Positions 19,156 to 29,016 are shown, counted from the first letter of the stretch. The stretch: 44,820 nt of DNA from Bacteriovoracaceae bacterium (GCA_041586955.1 JBFGZE010000018.1:1-44820), one strand, 5' to 3'. Translations and numbers: made by a program. Notes: a model not told the origin generated them from the letters alone.

Positions 19156-20483
19156 AAGAAATAATGAATCAAGTTTATGATATGTCCTCCAAGTTCGCTC
19201 TTGGTGGTATTGATATTATCGCTGAACGCGGGAGTCTTCTAGGCCTTAAAAGCTTTAATGGGGCAATTTCTGAGCATAAGGTCAGCTCTTCCCAAATCAT
19301 TGGTGTCCGCGTGATTAAGGAAAATCGCTGTGGCGTTTCCTATACAGAGTCATTTGATAAAGACTCCCTGGCATTTATGCTCCAACAAGCGGTGAATTCC
19401 TCAAAGTTTACCAAAGTTAACCCCCATGAAATGGTACAATCTCCAGGTGGCGAAAAAATTCAAATAGAGGCCAATCATAACCAAGACGAGTCAGCGACAT
19501 TAGAAGAAAAAATGGACGCAACTATTGAATTGGAAAAAGGCACTTTTAAAGTGGACCCTTCAGTTAAAAATAGCCCCTATAATGGCATCAGTGAAGTTGC
19601 CGTGGAGCATGCCAGTTTTGATGGCCATACCTTTACCCAACAAAAGCAAAAATACCTAAGTGCTTATACCTCTGCTCTTTGCGAGAGAGGTGAAGAGAAG
19701 ACAATGTTTTGGCATTCTCAATTAGGCCGAAAGATGGCCGATATTGATTTTCAAAAGATTATTAACGAGTCGGTAAATACCAGTGTCGCTCTCTTAGACG
19801 TTAAGAAGATCGAAAGTGGTCAATACCCCATTCTTTTTTCTCCTGATATGCTCGAGAGCTTTACCGGAATTTTCTTTGGTAGCATCCTCTCATCAAAATC
19901 AGCGATCGAAGGGACCAATCCTCTTAAAGATAAATTGGGGCAAATGATTGCCAGCAATCAATTTACTTTAATTGACGACCCCACCTTTCAGGATAGCTTT
20001 TTTCCATCGCTCTTTGATGCTGAGGGCTTTGATCAAAAACCGATCACCCTCATTGATCGTGGTGAATTCAAAGAAATGTATACCAATACCGCGACAGCAA
20101 AAGAATTGGGTCAAGGCCATAATTGCCGCGCTTCACGTTCCGTCAAAGGAACATTAATGGTCAACGGCACGACTTTGGTCATTGCTCCCGGAAAGGAAAG
20201 TGAGAAGAATTTATTAAAGGGTCGTTATGTTGAATTAGTTAAACTTGATGGATTGCATTCAGGAGCTGAGGCAGTGTCAGGTAGCTTTTCCTTTGGCGCT
20301 AGTGGCTTTCTCTGTGAGAATGGGGAACGACTCCATGCTCTTAAAAACTTTACCGTTTCTGGTAACTTCTACGAGGCCATGAAAAATATCACCGCTATGG
20401 GTGATCAACTTCATACCACTGCTGATCAATCTTTCTTTGCCCCCTCCATCATTTGGGGAGGCATCACATTGGCATTCGGCTAA
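19152..20483 (+). CDS. pmbA: PmbA/TldE subunit
   Basis: ATGA overlap with tldD. Has FDAEG and GLHSG...SGSFS...TVSGNF, and lacks HExxxH as expected for TldE. Confidence 0.88.
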   Translation: MKEIMNQVYDMSSKFALGGIDIIAERGSLLGLKSFNGAISEHKVSSSQIIGVRVIKENRCGVSYTESFDKDSLAFMLQQAVNSSKFTKVNPHEMVQSPGGEKIQIEANHNQDESATLEEKMDATIELEKGTFKVDPSVKNSPYNGISEVAVEHASFDGHTFTQQKQKYLSAYTSALCERGEEKTMFWHSQLGRKMADIDFQKIINESVNTSVALLDVKKIESGQYPILFSPDMLESFTGIFFGSILSSKSAIEGTNPLKDKLGQMIASNQFTLIDDPTFQDSFFPSLFDAEGFDQKPITLIDRGEFKEMYTNTATAKELGQGHNCRASRSVKGTLMVNGTTLVIAPGKESEKNLLKGRYVELVKLDGLHSGAEAVSGSFSFGASGFLCENGERLHALKNFTVSGNFYEAMKNITAMGDQLHTTADQSFFAPSIIWGGITLAFG

Positions 20484-20493
20484 ATTGACAATC

Positions 20494-20527
20494 AAAAAAA
20501 AGGGCCTCAAATATAAAATGAGGCCCT
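20494..20527 (-). terminator. Intrinsic terminator between convergent genes
   Basis: AGGGCCTCA/TGAGGCCCT stem preceded by an A7 run, which is a U-tract on the minus strand. Confidence 0.75.
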
Positions 20528-20553
20528 CAGTAAATGATCACTTGAATTAATTA

Positions 20554-20961
20554 TTATTTTTGGCAGTTAAGGACACAGGCCTTCATTTCTGCGCTTGGAC
20601 GTACTCCAAATGCATGACAGGCCTCTATGCATTGCTTAACCAATTCTGTTTTATTGACATAGGTATAATCAACAACGTCACATAAAGCATCAACTTCGAC
20701 TCTTACTTGGTAAGTCGCGTTTTTTGTTTGTATCTGCGCCACATAGGCCTCATAACCAGCAGAAGTTAATTCATCAAGAAGCTGAAGTTGAGACGCCTGG
20801 TAACCACTCCAAGTTGAACTGGCCTCGTCATAAGGAACTTTTAACTCCTGAGACAAAATATCTAAAACCTGAAGGCCAATCGCTTCTCGGCATTCGCTTG
20901 CAAAAATGTTGGTATTTAAAACAAAAAGAACGGCGATGATCGCCTTGAATATATTTTTCAT
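20554..20961 (-). CDS. Secreted Cys-rich hypothetical protein
   Basis: AGGAG Shine-Dalgarno, signal MKNIFKAIIAVLFVLNTNIFA, C-terminal CxxxC...CxxxC. Confidence 0.75.
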   Translation of the reverse strand: MKNIFKAIIAVLFVLNTNIFASECREAIGLQVLDILSQELKVPYDEASSTWSGYQASQLQLLDELTSAGYEAYVAQIQTKNATYQVRVEVDALCDVVDYTYVNKTELVKQCIEACHAFGVRPSAEMKACVLNCQK

Positions 20962-21052
20962 TTGATCTCCTAAGTTCAAATGCTTTTACTCAAGAGGTCA
21001 AGGCCTTGTCAATGTGACGGGATAGGTTTTTTAGAGTTTTCGAAAATATTTC

Positions 21053-21079
21053 ATTAAGGCCCTTAATAAGGGCCTTAAT
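21053..21079. terminator. Hairpin downstream of the KamA-family gene
   Basis: Perfect 12-bp inverted repeat ATTAAGGCCCTT-AAT-AAGGGCCTTAAT. Confidence 0.55.
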
Positions 21080-21105
21080 TGAAAGTACGAAACAAGGAGA
21101 AAGGT

Positions 21106-22425
21106 CTAGCGAGCTTGATCCATGGCGGCTTGAATCATCTCTTCACGAGTCTTCTTATCATGCCAACGCTTTTGCGCCTCAGGAGATAGTTTATGAATAG
21201 GATCAAAATAAGTGAATAATTGACCTTTTTTCACTTCCGGAGCACGCCATACGCTAATGCCATTTTCCTCATCATAATATTCGTAGCTTGCGACATGGCG
21301 TTTACCACCACCACCAGGAAGGTCACAGACAAAAGTAGGTGTGTTAAAACCTGCTGTTGTACCACGAACCGCTTTTTCAAGCTCCACTCCTTCACGCAAA
21401 GTGGTGCGGAAGTGCTCACAGCCAGGAACCATATCATGCATATATACATAATAAGGTTGAATATTAAGGTAGCCCACCTGACGGGTTAATTGCACCATGG
21501 TGTCAATATTATCATTAACACCGGCCTGTAATACCGCCTGGTTACGAACAATAATCCCCGCCGCAAAAATACGGTCCATCGCCAATTTTGTCCATTCGGT
21601 GATTTCTTGAGGAGAACTAAAGTGAGTATGAATCACGACCTGTTTACCAAGGGATTTTCCAAATTGGTGAACAGAGGTAAGGGCCTCAAACCAGGCCTCA
21701 TCAGTCAGTATTTTTTGGGGAAAAATCGCAATCCCTTTGGTGGCATAGCGAATCCGTCGAATATGAGGAATCTTAAGGAGGCTTTCACCAATATAGCGGA
21801 TTTGCGCCGCGGTTAGCATAAAAGAGTCACCACCAGAGATCACGACATCTTCGACCGCCTCTTGAGTGCGTAAATAGGCAAAAACATCATCCCAATTTTT
21901 TTGATTGGCGCCGTAGGTTTCTTTTTCAACAGTTTCAGTAGAGCCACCAATTAAGCGGCTACGAGTACAATAGGAACAATAAACGGGACAAATACTTGTT
22001 GGGAGAAATAAAACTTTATCAGGATAGCGATGAGTTAACATCGGTACAGGCGAATCGGTGTCTTCGCTTAAGCTGTCGGCCATATGCATTGGGTGATCTT
22101 CTAAGAATTGTGAACCCAAAGGCAGAAATTGTTTTCTCAAAGGATCATCTGTGGGGTTATCCCAATTAATTAAAGCAAAAATATAAGGCGTTATGCGAAT
22201 ATTCATAGGCGTGATTTTTTGACCTTCACGCAAATCTTCCATAAAATCTTCTGAAACTCGAGGCCCTAAAACCTTGGCAACTTGGTCAATTTTACGAATT
22301 GAGTTTTTCGTTTGCCATCGATGATCAGCAAACTCCTCGCGACTGACATCGGCCCAGCCAGGGATTTGCTTCCAAAAATCATCACTTCGAAATTGACGAT
22401 GTTTAAAATCTTTATCACCACTCAT
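21106..22425 (-). CDS. KamA-family radical SAM/PLP aminomutase (lysine 2,3-aminomutase-like)
   Basis: HRYPDKVL, CPVYCSYCTR, ISGGD, NQAVLQAGVND, PYY...D and DLPGGGGK (PLP lysine). Confidence 0.92.
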   Translation of the reverse strand: MSGDKDFKHRQFRSDDFWKQIPGWADVSREEFADHRWQTKNSIRKIDQVAKVLGPRVSEDFMEDLREGQKITPMNIRITPYIFALINWDNPTDDPLRKQFLPLGSQFLEDHPMHMADSLSEDTDSPVPMLTHRYPDKVLFLPTSICPVYCSYCTRSRLIGGSTETVEKETYGANQKNWDDVFAYLRTQEAVEDVVISGGDSFMLTAAQIRYIGESLLKIPHIRRIRYATKGIAIFPQKILTDEAWFEALTSVHQFGKSLGKQVVIHTHFSSPQEITEWTKLAMDRIFAAGIIVRNQAVLQAGVNDNIDTMVQLTRQVGYLNIQPYYVYMHDMVPGCEHFRTTLREGVELEKAVRGTTAGFNTPTFVCDLPGGGGKRHVASYEYYDEENGISVWRAPEVKKGQLFTYFDPIHKLSPEAQKRWHDKKTREEMIQAAMDQAR

Positions 22426-22641
22426 AATGCCTACCTCTAAAGAAATTTATCTTATTGGCCCTTTAATTACACTGAATTTCATAGTCCTTCAAGGTCACTA
22501 CCACAAACCGGCTAAAATCCATCAGGTTTAACCGAATCACATCTTCATTGTAGTACTTTTGCCAAAACCAAGCGATAAGATTTAACAAAGGAAAAATTAA
22601 TGCTATAACTTCACCAACTATTTAAATGCGTCGGGAATAAT

Positions 22642-23712
22642 ATGAAAGAATGGATTCTTTACTTACTCATAGCGTTGCTGTTTTCACCTCTCGCTGCCTT
22701 GGGCGTAGAGCATCATATCGATACAACTTGGGGGGGACTCTCCCTGAGCGATGCACAAAATAAATCCCGCTTGATGCAGGCCACTTTTCTTTACCAGGCC
22801 GAATATTCACCAAGCACTCCCCTCACCTTTTATTCTGGCCTGCTCTTTAATGCTCAAACTGGCTCAAATAATGCAGAATTTATTGATGAATATATCCCGA
22901 AACAAACTTGGGCCATTCATCAGGCCGTAATGACTTATAGGCCTACTTCATTTCTTTCTTTTTCCTTGGGAGCACTTAACCAAGGCCAATGGCAGGCGCC
23001 GCTTCTGTTGGGCAATCAGGCATTTGCTGGAGCTCAAGAAGAATTGCATATTAAAAATGATTATATGGATTTAAATCTTTTCTTGCAGCAAAGTATTCCC
23101 ACTAATCAAACACTTTTATCACGCCTGGATTCGTCTGAAGATGGCACACCTTCATTATTATTGGGTGGGCTTCGTCTCACCAATAAGTCCCTTCTCATTC
23201 AGGGAATGTTTTTTAGCTTCAATGAACTTGGAAGTTCTGTTGCTCATTATTCTCGCTTTATGGGGAATTCGATCCTCGGCACGACAACTTCAAACTCACG
23301 CTTTCTCTATGGCCACCAAGGTTTCCATGCACTGGTGAAAACTCAATTTCCCATAGGGCAATTTATGGATCTTAAAACAGGTTGGGCCTTTCTTCACAAC
23401 AATAAAACGCCAGATAAGCGTAGTGATGGTTATCGTATCTTTGTTGATTTCGACTTTAAAGGTTTTGGTTTAGGAACAGAATATTTCCTCAACGAATCGG
23501 ACTCCGCTCCAAGCTTTTATAATTTAGGGACCTATGGCCATAATAATGTCCAGGGCCTGATCGCCCGCCTTTTTGGTACGATCAATCAAATGGATTATGA
23601 ATTTATTATCGTACGATCCCAAGTAATTGACCAAAATGTGGCCCAGGCACTTTACCAATCCGAGCGCACCAGCTTTCAATTCAACATTAGTCGACGATTT
23701 GTTTTACCCTAA
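22642..23712 (+). CDS. Putative outer-membrane beta-barrel protein
   Basis: Signal peptide, alternating aromatic/amphipathic strands, C-terminal FQFNISRRF. Confidence 0.65.
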   Translation: MKEWILYLLIALLFSPLAALGVEHHIDTTWGGLSLSDAQNKSRLMQATFLYQAEYSPSTPLTFYSGLLFNAQTGSNNAEFIDEYIPKQTWAIHQAVMTYRPTSFLSFSLGALNQGQWQAPLLLGNQAFAGAQEELHIKNDYMDLNLFLQQSIPTNQTLLSRLDSSEDGTPSLLLGGLRLTNKSLLIQGMFFSFNELGSSVAHYSRFMGNSILGTTTSNSRFLYGHQGFHALVKTQFPIGQFMDLKTGWAFLHNNKTPDKRSDGYRIFVDFDFKGFGLGTEYFLNESDSAPSFYNLGTYGHNNVQGLIARLFGTINQMDYEFIIVRSQVIDQNVAQALYQSERTSFQFNISRRFVLP

Positions 23713-24822
23713 AAATTTTTTAAGCCCGTAATAGAGGTGAAAGGGAATGAGTTTTTTGGAGGTATAAATGCCATGACCAAAAATACTAAAAGGCCCTAAT
23801 GGTAGGATGGTGTCATCTCCATAATCAACTAAATAATGGTGTCCCCATTGCTGAAAGCGATTCCCTTGATCCAAATGCTGCCACCAAGTTTTGCCATCAA
23901 TGCCTTTGCCAAGTAAAGAGTCCAAGTCCCGATTAAAATGCCTCTCATTTTGTGAGGCCGAGATAAAATCTGAACCTGGTGAACCCCATAATTGAATATA
24001 ATCGCCAAACTTCGTTTGCATAACACCCTTGGTCCCTACGCCTTGGGTTGTTTCTTTACGATGATTTGAAAAATGAACAAAGCTCCAAGCTCCCTCTAGG
24101 CCCATTTCATAGCGAGGTGGTGCGCCTAATGTATTGACCCAAAAGGGTCCCTTAAGAGAAGAGAGTTTAAAACTATTGGCGGTATTATGCTTCTTAAATA
24201 GCTTGGCAATTTCAGCATAAAGGTTTGCGTTGCTTTGTAATGAGGATAGTAAAATGGGTAATTGAGAACCATGACTATGGCAGAGGAAAAGCACTGGACC
24301 TTGATTTAGACCCTCTTTTATTAAGAATTTATTGAGTTCCATCGCCCCCTTGAGGCGAGCAAGATGATGGTTTGAACTAGTCCATACAAATCGCTTAATT
24401 GGAATACCTGGGCATAGACCTTCCAATTCGTTTATATAATGCTTCGTAAAATTGGCCTTTTCCTGTAAGATTAAGTCAGTTTGACCTTTGGTCATTCTCC
24501 GCATGAGATTAAGGTTGATAGGTCGGTGCCGAGAAAGAATTGATTCTGCTGCGCGAATAAGAGTTAATGGGTCATCACCAATGAAGGTGCCGTGAATAAG
24601 TACAATGCCCTTTAATTGAGCTCGATTTAATAAGCTTTGCAATTCATGAGTTGGAATATTTTCCAAACAGGTGTCCTGTAAATATTCAAAAGGTGGATCG
24701 CCGTCTCTTTCTAAAGGTGTATAGGGTCTGGGAAAACTGCGTTTTTTCCGTAAATAGAAAAAGATTACCAGCAGAAAAATAGAAATGAGAACTGGAGCGA
24801 TTATAGGCAAAAAATCTATCAT
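23704..24822 (-). CDS. Membrane-anchored alpha/beta-hydrolase-like protein
   Basis: N-terminal TM, LIHGT oxyanion-like motif, CHSHGSQ nucleophile elbow, TLGAP and a late HGIY. Confidence 0.65.
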   Translation of the reverse strand: MIDFLPIIAPVLISIFLLVIFFYLRKKRSFPRPYTPLERDGDPPFEYLQDTCLENIPTHELQSLLNRAQLKGIVLIHGTFIGDDPLTLIRAAESILSRHRPINLNLMRRMTKGQTDLILQEKANFTKHYINELEGLCPGIPIKRFVWTSSNHHLARLKGAMELNKFLIKEGLNQGPVLFLCHSHGSQLPILLSSLQSNANLYAEIAKLFKKHNTANSFKLSSLKGPFWVNTLGAPPRYEMGLEGAWSFVHFSNHRKETTQGVGTKGVMQTKFGDYIQLWGSPGSDFISASQNERHFNRDLDSLLGKGIDGKTWWQHLDQGNRFQQWGHHYLVDYGDDTILPLGPFSIFGHGIYTSKKLIPFHLYYGLKKFLG

Positions 24823-25329
24823 GCCTTTATTTTAATAAAGACTCTAAGTGAAAGTCACGCATATAAAACAAGGGATCATATATTTTATAACTGGACCATA
24901 TAAATGGTGCTAGGCCATCGATAAATTATTTTCAAATCTAACGTTTTATAATCCGGTGGTGCCGGCCTTTCCTCATAAATAGATTTTTTTTAAGGACTTT
25001 AAAAAGGTATAAATAAAAACAATAATAAATATTTCTTTCGGATTAAGTTTTCTTAATTTTTTAAAATACGACTTCGTGATTCAATCAAATTCATTGTTTT
25101 TCTAGCTATCAAAAGACTCAATCATCAGCAGTCATGGACAATTCAGAGACTTCAAAGTTTTTTCTATAAAAAACATGATTTTTAAAGCTTTCCATCAATA
25201 ATTAATAGTTAATTTTTATTTGTGAAATTTTCTCCGTATTTTTTTTATGAGGATTTATTTACAATTAAAACTATCAAGTGCAGGCCTTACTTCAATGAAT
25301 GTAAGTAAACCTTTTAAGGGAGGGTTTTA

Positions 25330-26973
25330 ATGAGTATTCAAAAATCTATTTTGTACGTGGGTGAGGATGAGTCTCTCTTCAGCAAGATAGAAATATTCTG
25401 CGAAGCGAGAATTAGGACCGACTTTATAATCCAACAAACAAATTATAAACCTGGTTCACTTATTGAGCATATCACTTCAGATTTACCTAATATTATTTAT
25501 ATCGACTTCACCGAGATCGAAAAATACACCGATATTTTGGTTCAAGAGATTATTTTCTTAAAACAATATAACCGCTTCCGTAGTATTATGTTCGCGGCAA
25601 TACTACCCAATGAAAAAAATAAAGAACAATTCCCACAATTATTTACATCTGGCTTCCAATAATCAATGATTAAAGGAATGGAATTGGATAATTTCCTGCT
25701 GACCAGTTTTTATATTGGCTTTGGAGTAAAAGTTCGATTTCCACAATACGCCCAGGTGAAGTATATCGATCGAAAACTAGTCGTTGGTATATGCTCGACT
25801 TTAACAGCTCTTTCCCTGGACCAATTTATAATTGAGACAGATTTAGAGACAGATAAAGTCAAACTCCAACTATCTCTACCGCTCTTTGAAGAGCTTAAGG
25901 CAACATCATTTGATATTTCGAAAAGACATCGTTCAAATTTCATTTATCCTATGACCGATACCTATTATTTAAATTACCCTTTTCGGGGTGCCTGGGATGA
26001 GGAAACAGATGAGACACTAGATAAGGAGGTACTTAAATCCTGGTTCCAATCAAATCATCAGGAGCTTGAGCAGAATAAGATTTTTACTCAGGTCATTACC
26101 AAAAATAGAGCATTGATAAATGATCTATTTCAGTTTTCACTTAGACCTGATTATCATATCGAAATAAGTGAGTTCCTAGACGTTAGCTTCTTAAAACAGG
26201 CCTTACCGTTAAAAACTCCACAAATTATCTTTGTCGATATTTCCGAGACAAAGGGCAACTCTTCTAAAGACGACCATGACCTTAAAAATCTTATTGGACT
26301 CATTGCCATTATTAATAATATTTCCAATTATAATCCTATTTTGGTTATTTCAAATAATAAATCAAAGTCAGAAGCATTACGTAAGGCCTATAATTACCCA
26401 AACATTATTGTCACGCCCGAAAAGCTTAACGTAGAGACCTTTGAATTGTTAGCAACCAGTTATTCCGAAAGTTACTCATCAGATGATAGCTCCCCTGAGC
26501 TTCACTACTTCAAGATCATGGATGAAAGGCGAGCAGTTATGGTTGATCAGCAAATTCTTGTCACCAGCTTATCTGAACATAAAGTAACATTTATAAGCGA
26601 AGCTGAATTGCCCATATATAGCGTCCTTCATTTTCTTCTGCCCTTTGATTTTTATGTGACAATTGTGCCCGATTTAGAGCAATTGGTTCAAAAGGAAAAT
26701 GTGACTCATTATACGGGAGTTATCCATGGGCTAACTGAGTCGAGTATCCAAAATTTAAGAAGATTTATTAATCTCATATACTTTAACCCCTTGGAAGAGT
26801 TCACTCCCGAACATATCCAAGCAATACTTGGCCAAAAGGAAATCAAAGAAGAGATTATAGTAGATATAGATACGGATAAAGAAAGTATCACCGATGAGAT
26901 GATTGAAGAAGAAGAGGATAATTGGAACCGGACCTTCAAACGGCCAACACTGAAAGGAAAATCTAAATTATAA
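25330..26973 (+). pseudogene. REC-like signalling protein split by an in-frame TAA at 25660-25662
   Basis: ORFs 25330-25662 and 25666-26973 share a frame (…GGC TTC CAA TAA TCA ATG…). The stop falls inside the first REC-like domain (ILYVGED…PNIIYIDF) and the second ATG has no Shine-Dalgarno. Confidence 0.65.
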
Positions 26974-27132
26974 AGGCAAATAAAGACAAAAGCCGACTAA
27001 AGCAGTCAACAGGATTCACTTCAGACACTTATAAGAGCTCATTCTAGAGACTAGAAAAAAATGATAAAAGTTTCCAAAAAAATATTATCACAAAACACAC
27101 CACAAGAAGTGGATGTAATTGAAGATTGGCGG

Positions 27133-27141
27133 TGCTATAAT
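27133..27141 (+). promoter_or_regulatory. Extended -10 promoter element
   Basis: TGcTATAAT about 45 nt upstream of the response regulator start. Confidence 0.4.
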
Positions 27142-27186
27142 TTAAAGGTCTAGCATGAATAGTAAAACCAAATGATGGGGTGCTCT

Positions 27187-27633
27187 ATGAAGAACGGAAA
27201 TTTATTATTAGTTGATGATGAGCCTCTCATCCTAGAAAGGTTAAAGCTAACCTTAGAAGAAGTTGCCGATACTATCCATACCGCACTAAACGGAGTCGAG
27301 GCACTCAAAATAATTAATAAAGAGAATATTCACTGTATTGTCTGTGATATCAATATGCCTAAAATGAATGGCGTTGAGGTCATTAAGAGGGTTCGCGCTG
27401 ATAATAATGATGTCCCCTTTATCTTTTATACTGGCCATGGCACCCAGGACTTGATGCTGGAGGCCATTAAATATGGTGCCTTTGACTTTCTTGATAAGCC
27501 TAATCTTGATGGCCTTGAAGAAGTTATTATTAATGCTCTTCGGGAAGGCGCAAAGAATCATTCAAAGGTTGCGACCGACAAAAACTGTTTTGTTTCAGAA
27601 TATCAAAAGTTACTAACCACTCTTAAAAAATAA
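27187..27633 (+). CDS. Single-domain response regulator (REC)
   Basis: LLVDDE, CDINMPKMNG, YTGHG and FLDKP motifs. Confidence 0.93.
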   Translation: MKNGNLLLVDDEPLILERLKLTLEEVADTIHTALNGVEALKIINKENIHCIVCDINMPKMNGVEVIKRVRADNNDVPFIFYTGHGTQDLMLEAIKYGAFDFLDKPNLDGLEEVIINALREGAKNHSKVATDKNCFVSEYQKLLTTLKK

Positions 27634-27693
27634 CGAATTCTTTATTATCAATAGCTACTAGACGCAGCATAAATTAATCCACTTGTCCCAATA

Positions 27694-27722
27694 CCCGACG
27701 GCATTACTGTGCTGCTGTCGGG
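27694..27722 (+). terminator. Hairpin after the response regulator
   Basis: CCCGACGGCA/TGCTGTCGGG stem (one G-U pair) followed by CCTTATTT. Confidence 0.45.
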
Positions 27723-27831
27723 CCTTATTTCAAAAAAAAGTACTCATAAACAAGGTCTCATTATCCGATCTGTATTTTACCCTAGGGTAACCCACCCCCA
27801 AATCAAAATACGGCGTTTTACGTAAATTCAA

Positions 27832-27860
27832 TTGCTTACCTGCTATATTTTGCGTATAAT
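27832..27860 (+). promoter_or_regulatory. Sigma-70 promoter of the second recombinase
   Basis: TTGCTT-N17-TATAAT. Confidence 0.65.
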
Positions 27861-27876
27861 ATAAATTATATGCAAA
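27849..27876. other. dif-like 28-bp symmetric recombinase site (11-6-11)
   Basis: TTTGCGTATAA-TATAAA-TTATATGCAAA. Arms are inverted repeats with 1 mismatch, and the left arm is 8/11 identical to the E. coli dif XerC arm GGTGCGCATAA. Confidence 0.7.
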
Positions 27877-27935
27877 GTAGGCACTCTAAAATCGATTCTA
27901 AGCGTTTTGGGGTACCAAGGACCAAGGGTAATCAC

Positions 27936-28928
27936 ATGCTAAAAATGAATGAGAAATGGCTTGAGGAATTTATGGATAATTGTCGCACCCTCAATAAGTC
28001 ACCTCATACACTCAAGAATTATTACGCCGATTTGAAAAAGTTTATTAATTGGTACGAGGCCAATTATGGGCGAAAAGTTTCCCAGGCCAACGGTCAAACC
28101 ATTACCTTATATAAAGATTTTCTAAGTGGTGGCGGAGGGTATACGCCCTATCAAAAAAAACGGCATAAGATTCGCCTCTTTTTAAAGCATATCTTCAAGA
28201 AAGATAAACCAGCGCCATTAGCTCAAGTACTCCAGGCGCCATTGGCCGTCGCATCTCGTCGGCGACATCTGAGTGCTATCCGAAATTTTTTCGAATATCT
28301 TAAACAGGTTCATGAAGACCGTTCCAAGATCTTTGCTATCAACCCTGTTAAACCAAAGATTCATGGCATTAAATTGAAAGATATCGACATTACTCCTACT
28401 AAAATGCTGCGACCTGGTGATTGGTACAAACTAGACCAGGGCCTATTTCGCGCGAAAGAACGACTAATTGTTTATCTTCTTTACTGGGGAGGTTTACGAC
28501 TGGAAGAATTAACGACGCTTAAAGTTGAGTATTTTCATAGGGAGTCCGGGAGTCTAAAATTCCCGCGCAAAGGCGGAAGCATCCATACACTGATGATTCA
28601 AAACTCTGCTGAGGTTTTTAAATATTTAGATTATTGGCTAAACCAAAGGCCTATTGATTCAGAACATCTTTTTGCCCGCCGTTTTGGCCGGCCGGAGTCG
28701 ACTCGTAATATGTATAACCTTATTAAGCGAATTTTAAAAAAATGTGATTGTGATATGGAACTAACCCCTCATAGTTTTCGTAAGGCCTGCGCCACAGAGC
28801 TCTATTTAAAAAAACGAGATTTATTATTAGTTCGTGATTACCTCAACCATAGTGATGCAAAAGTCACCCAAACCTATATTGATAAAAGAACTCTTCAGGA
28901 AAACTCGGTCGCTCAATTACAGGAGTAA
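27936..28928 (+). CDS. Tyrosine recombinase (XerC/XerD-like, stand-alone)
   Basis: SPHTLKNYYADLKKF, SRRRHLSAIRNFF, GLRLEEL, RKGG, HSFR and NHSDAKVTQTY. AAGGG precedes ATG 27936. Confidence 0.93.
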   Translation: MLKMNEKWLEEFMDNCRTLNKSPHTLKNYYADLKKFINWYEANYGRKVSQANGQTITLYKDFLSGGGGYTPYQKKRHKIRLFLKHIFKKDKPAPLAQVLQAPLAVASRRRHLSAIRNFFEYLKQVHEDRSKIFAINPVKPKIHGIKLKDIDITPTKMLRPGDWYKLDQGLFRAKERLIVYLLYWGGLRLEELTTLKVEYFHRESGSLKFPRKGGSIHTLMIQNSAEVFKYLDYWLNQRPIDSEHLFARRFGRPESTRNMYNLIKRILKKCDCDMELTPHSFRKACATELYLKKRDLLLVRDYLNHSDAKVTQTYIDKRTLQENSVAQLQE

Positions 28929-29016
28929 TATCATCCTCGTTAGGATGTCAAAAAATAAAATAGGCCAAGCGCTCTTTAGTTTTAAAAGCGTAAGAGGGAA
29001 AAGGTATCACAAAAAT

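Noticed and set aside
17770..22425. RiPP cluster (TldD/E, radical SAM and small Cys-rich protein)
   Set aside because: The radical SAM enzyme is a PLP aminomutase without SPASM/RRE domains, the small protein has a Sec signal, and terminators and opposing orientation separate the genes.
22513..22538. Sigma-28 promoter for the beta-barrel gene
   Set aside because: Spacing is 14 nt rather than 15 and the -10 (ACCGAATC) is weak.
24823..25329. AT-rich 500-bp intergenic region as an origin or ncRNA
   Set aside because: No clustered DnaA boxes, repeats or stable structure were seen. It is probably a divergent promoter region.
2313..27876. The two dif-like sites as attL/attR of a 25-kb island or invertible segment
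   Set aside because: Spacers (TGGCAA vs TATAAA) and outer arms differ, and the enclosed genes are housekeeping with no mobility functions.
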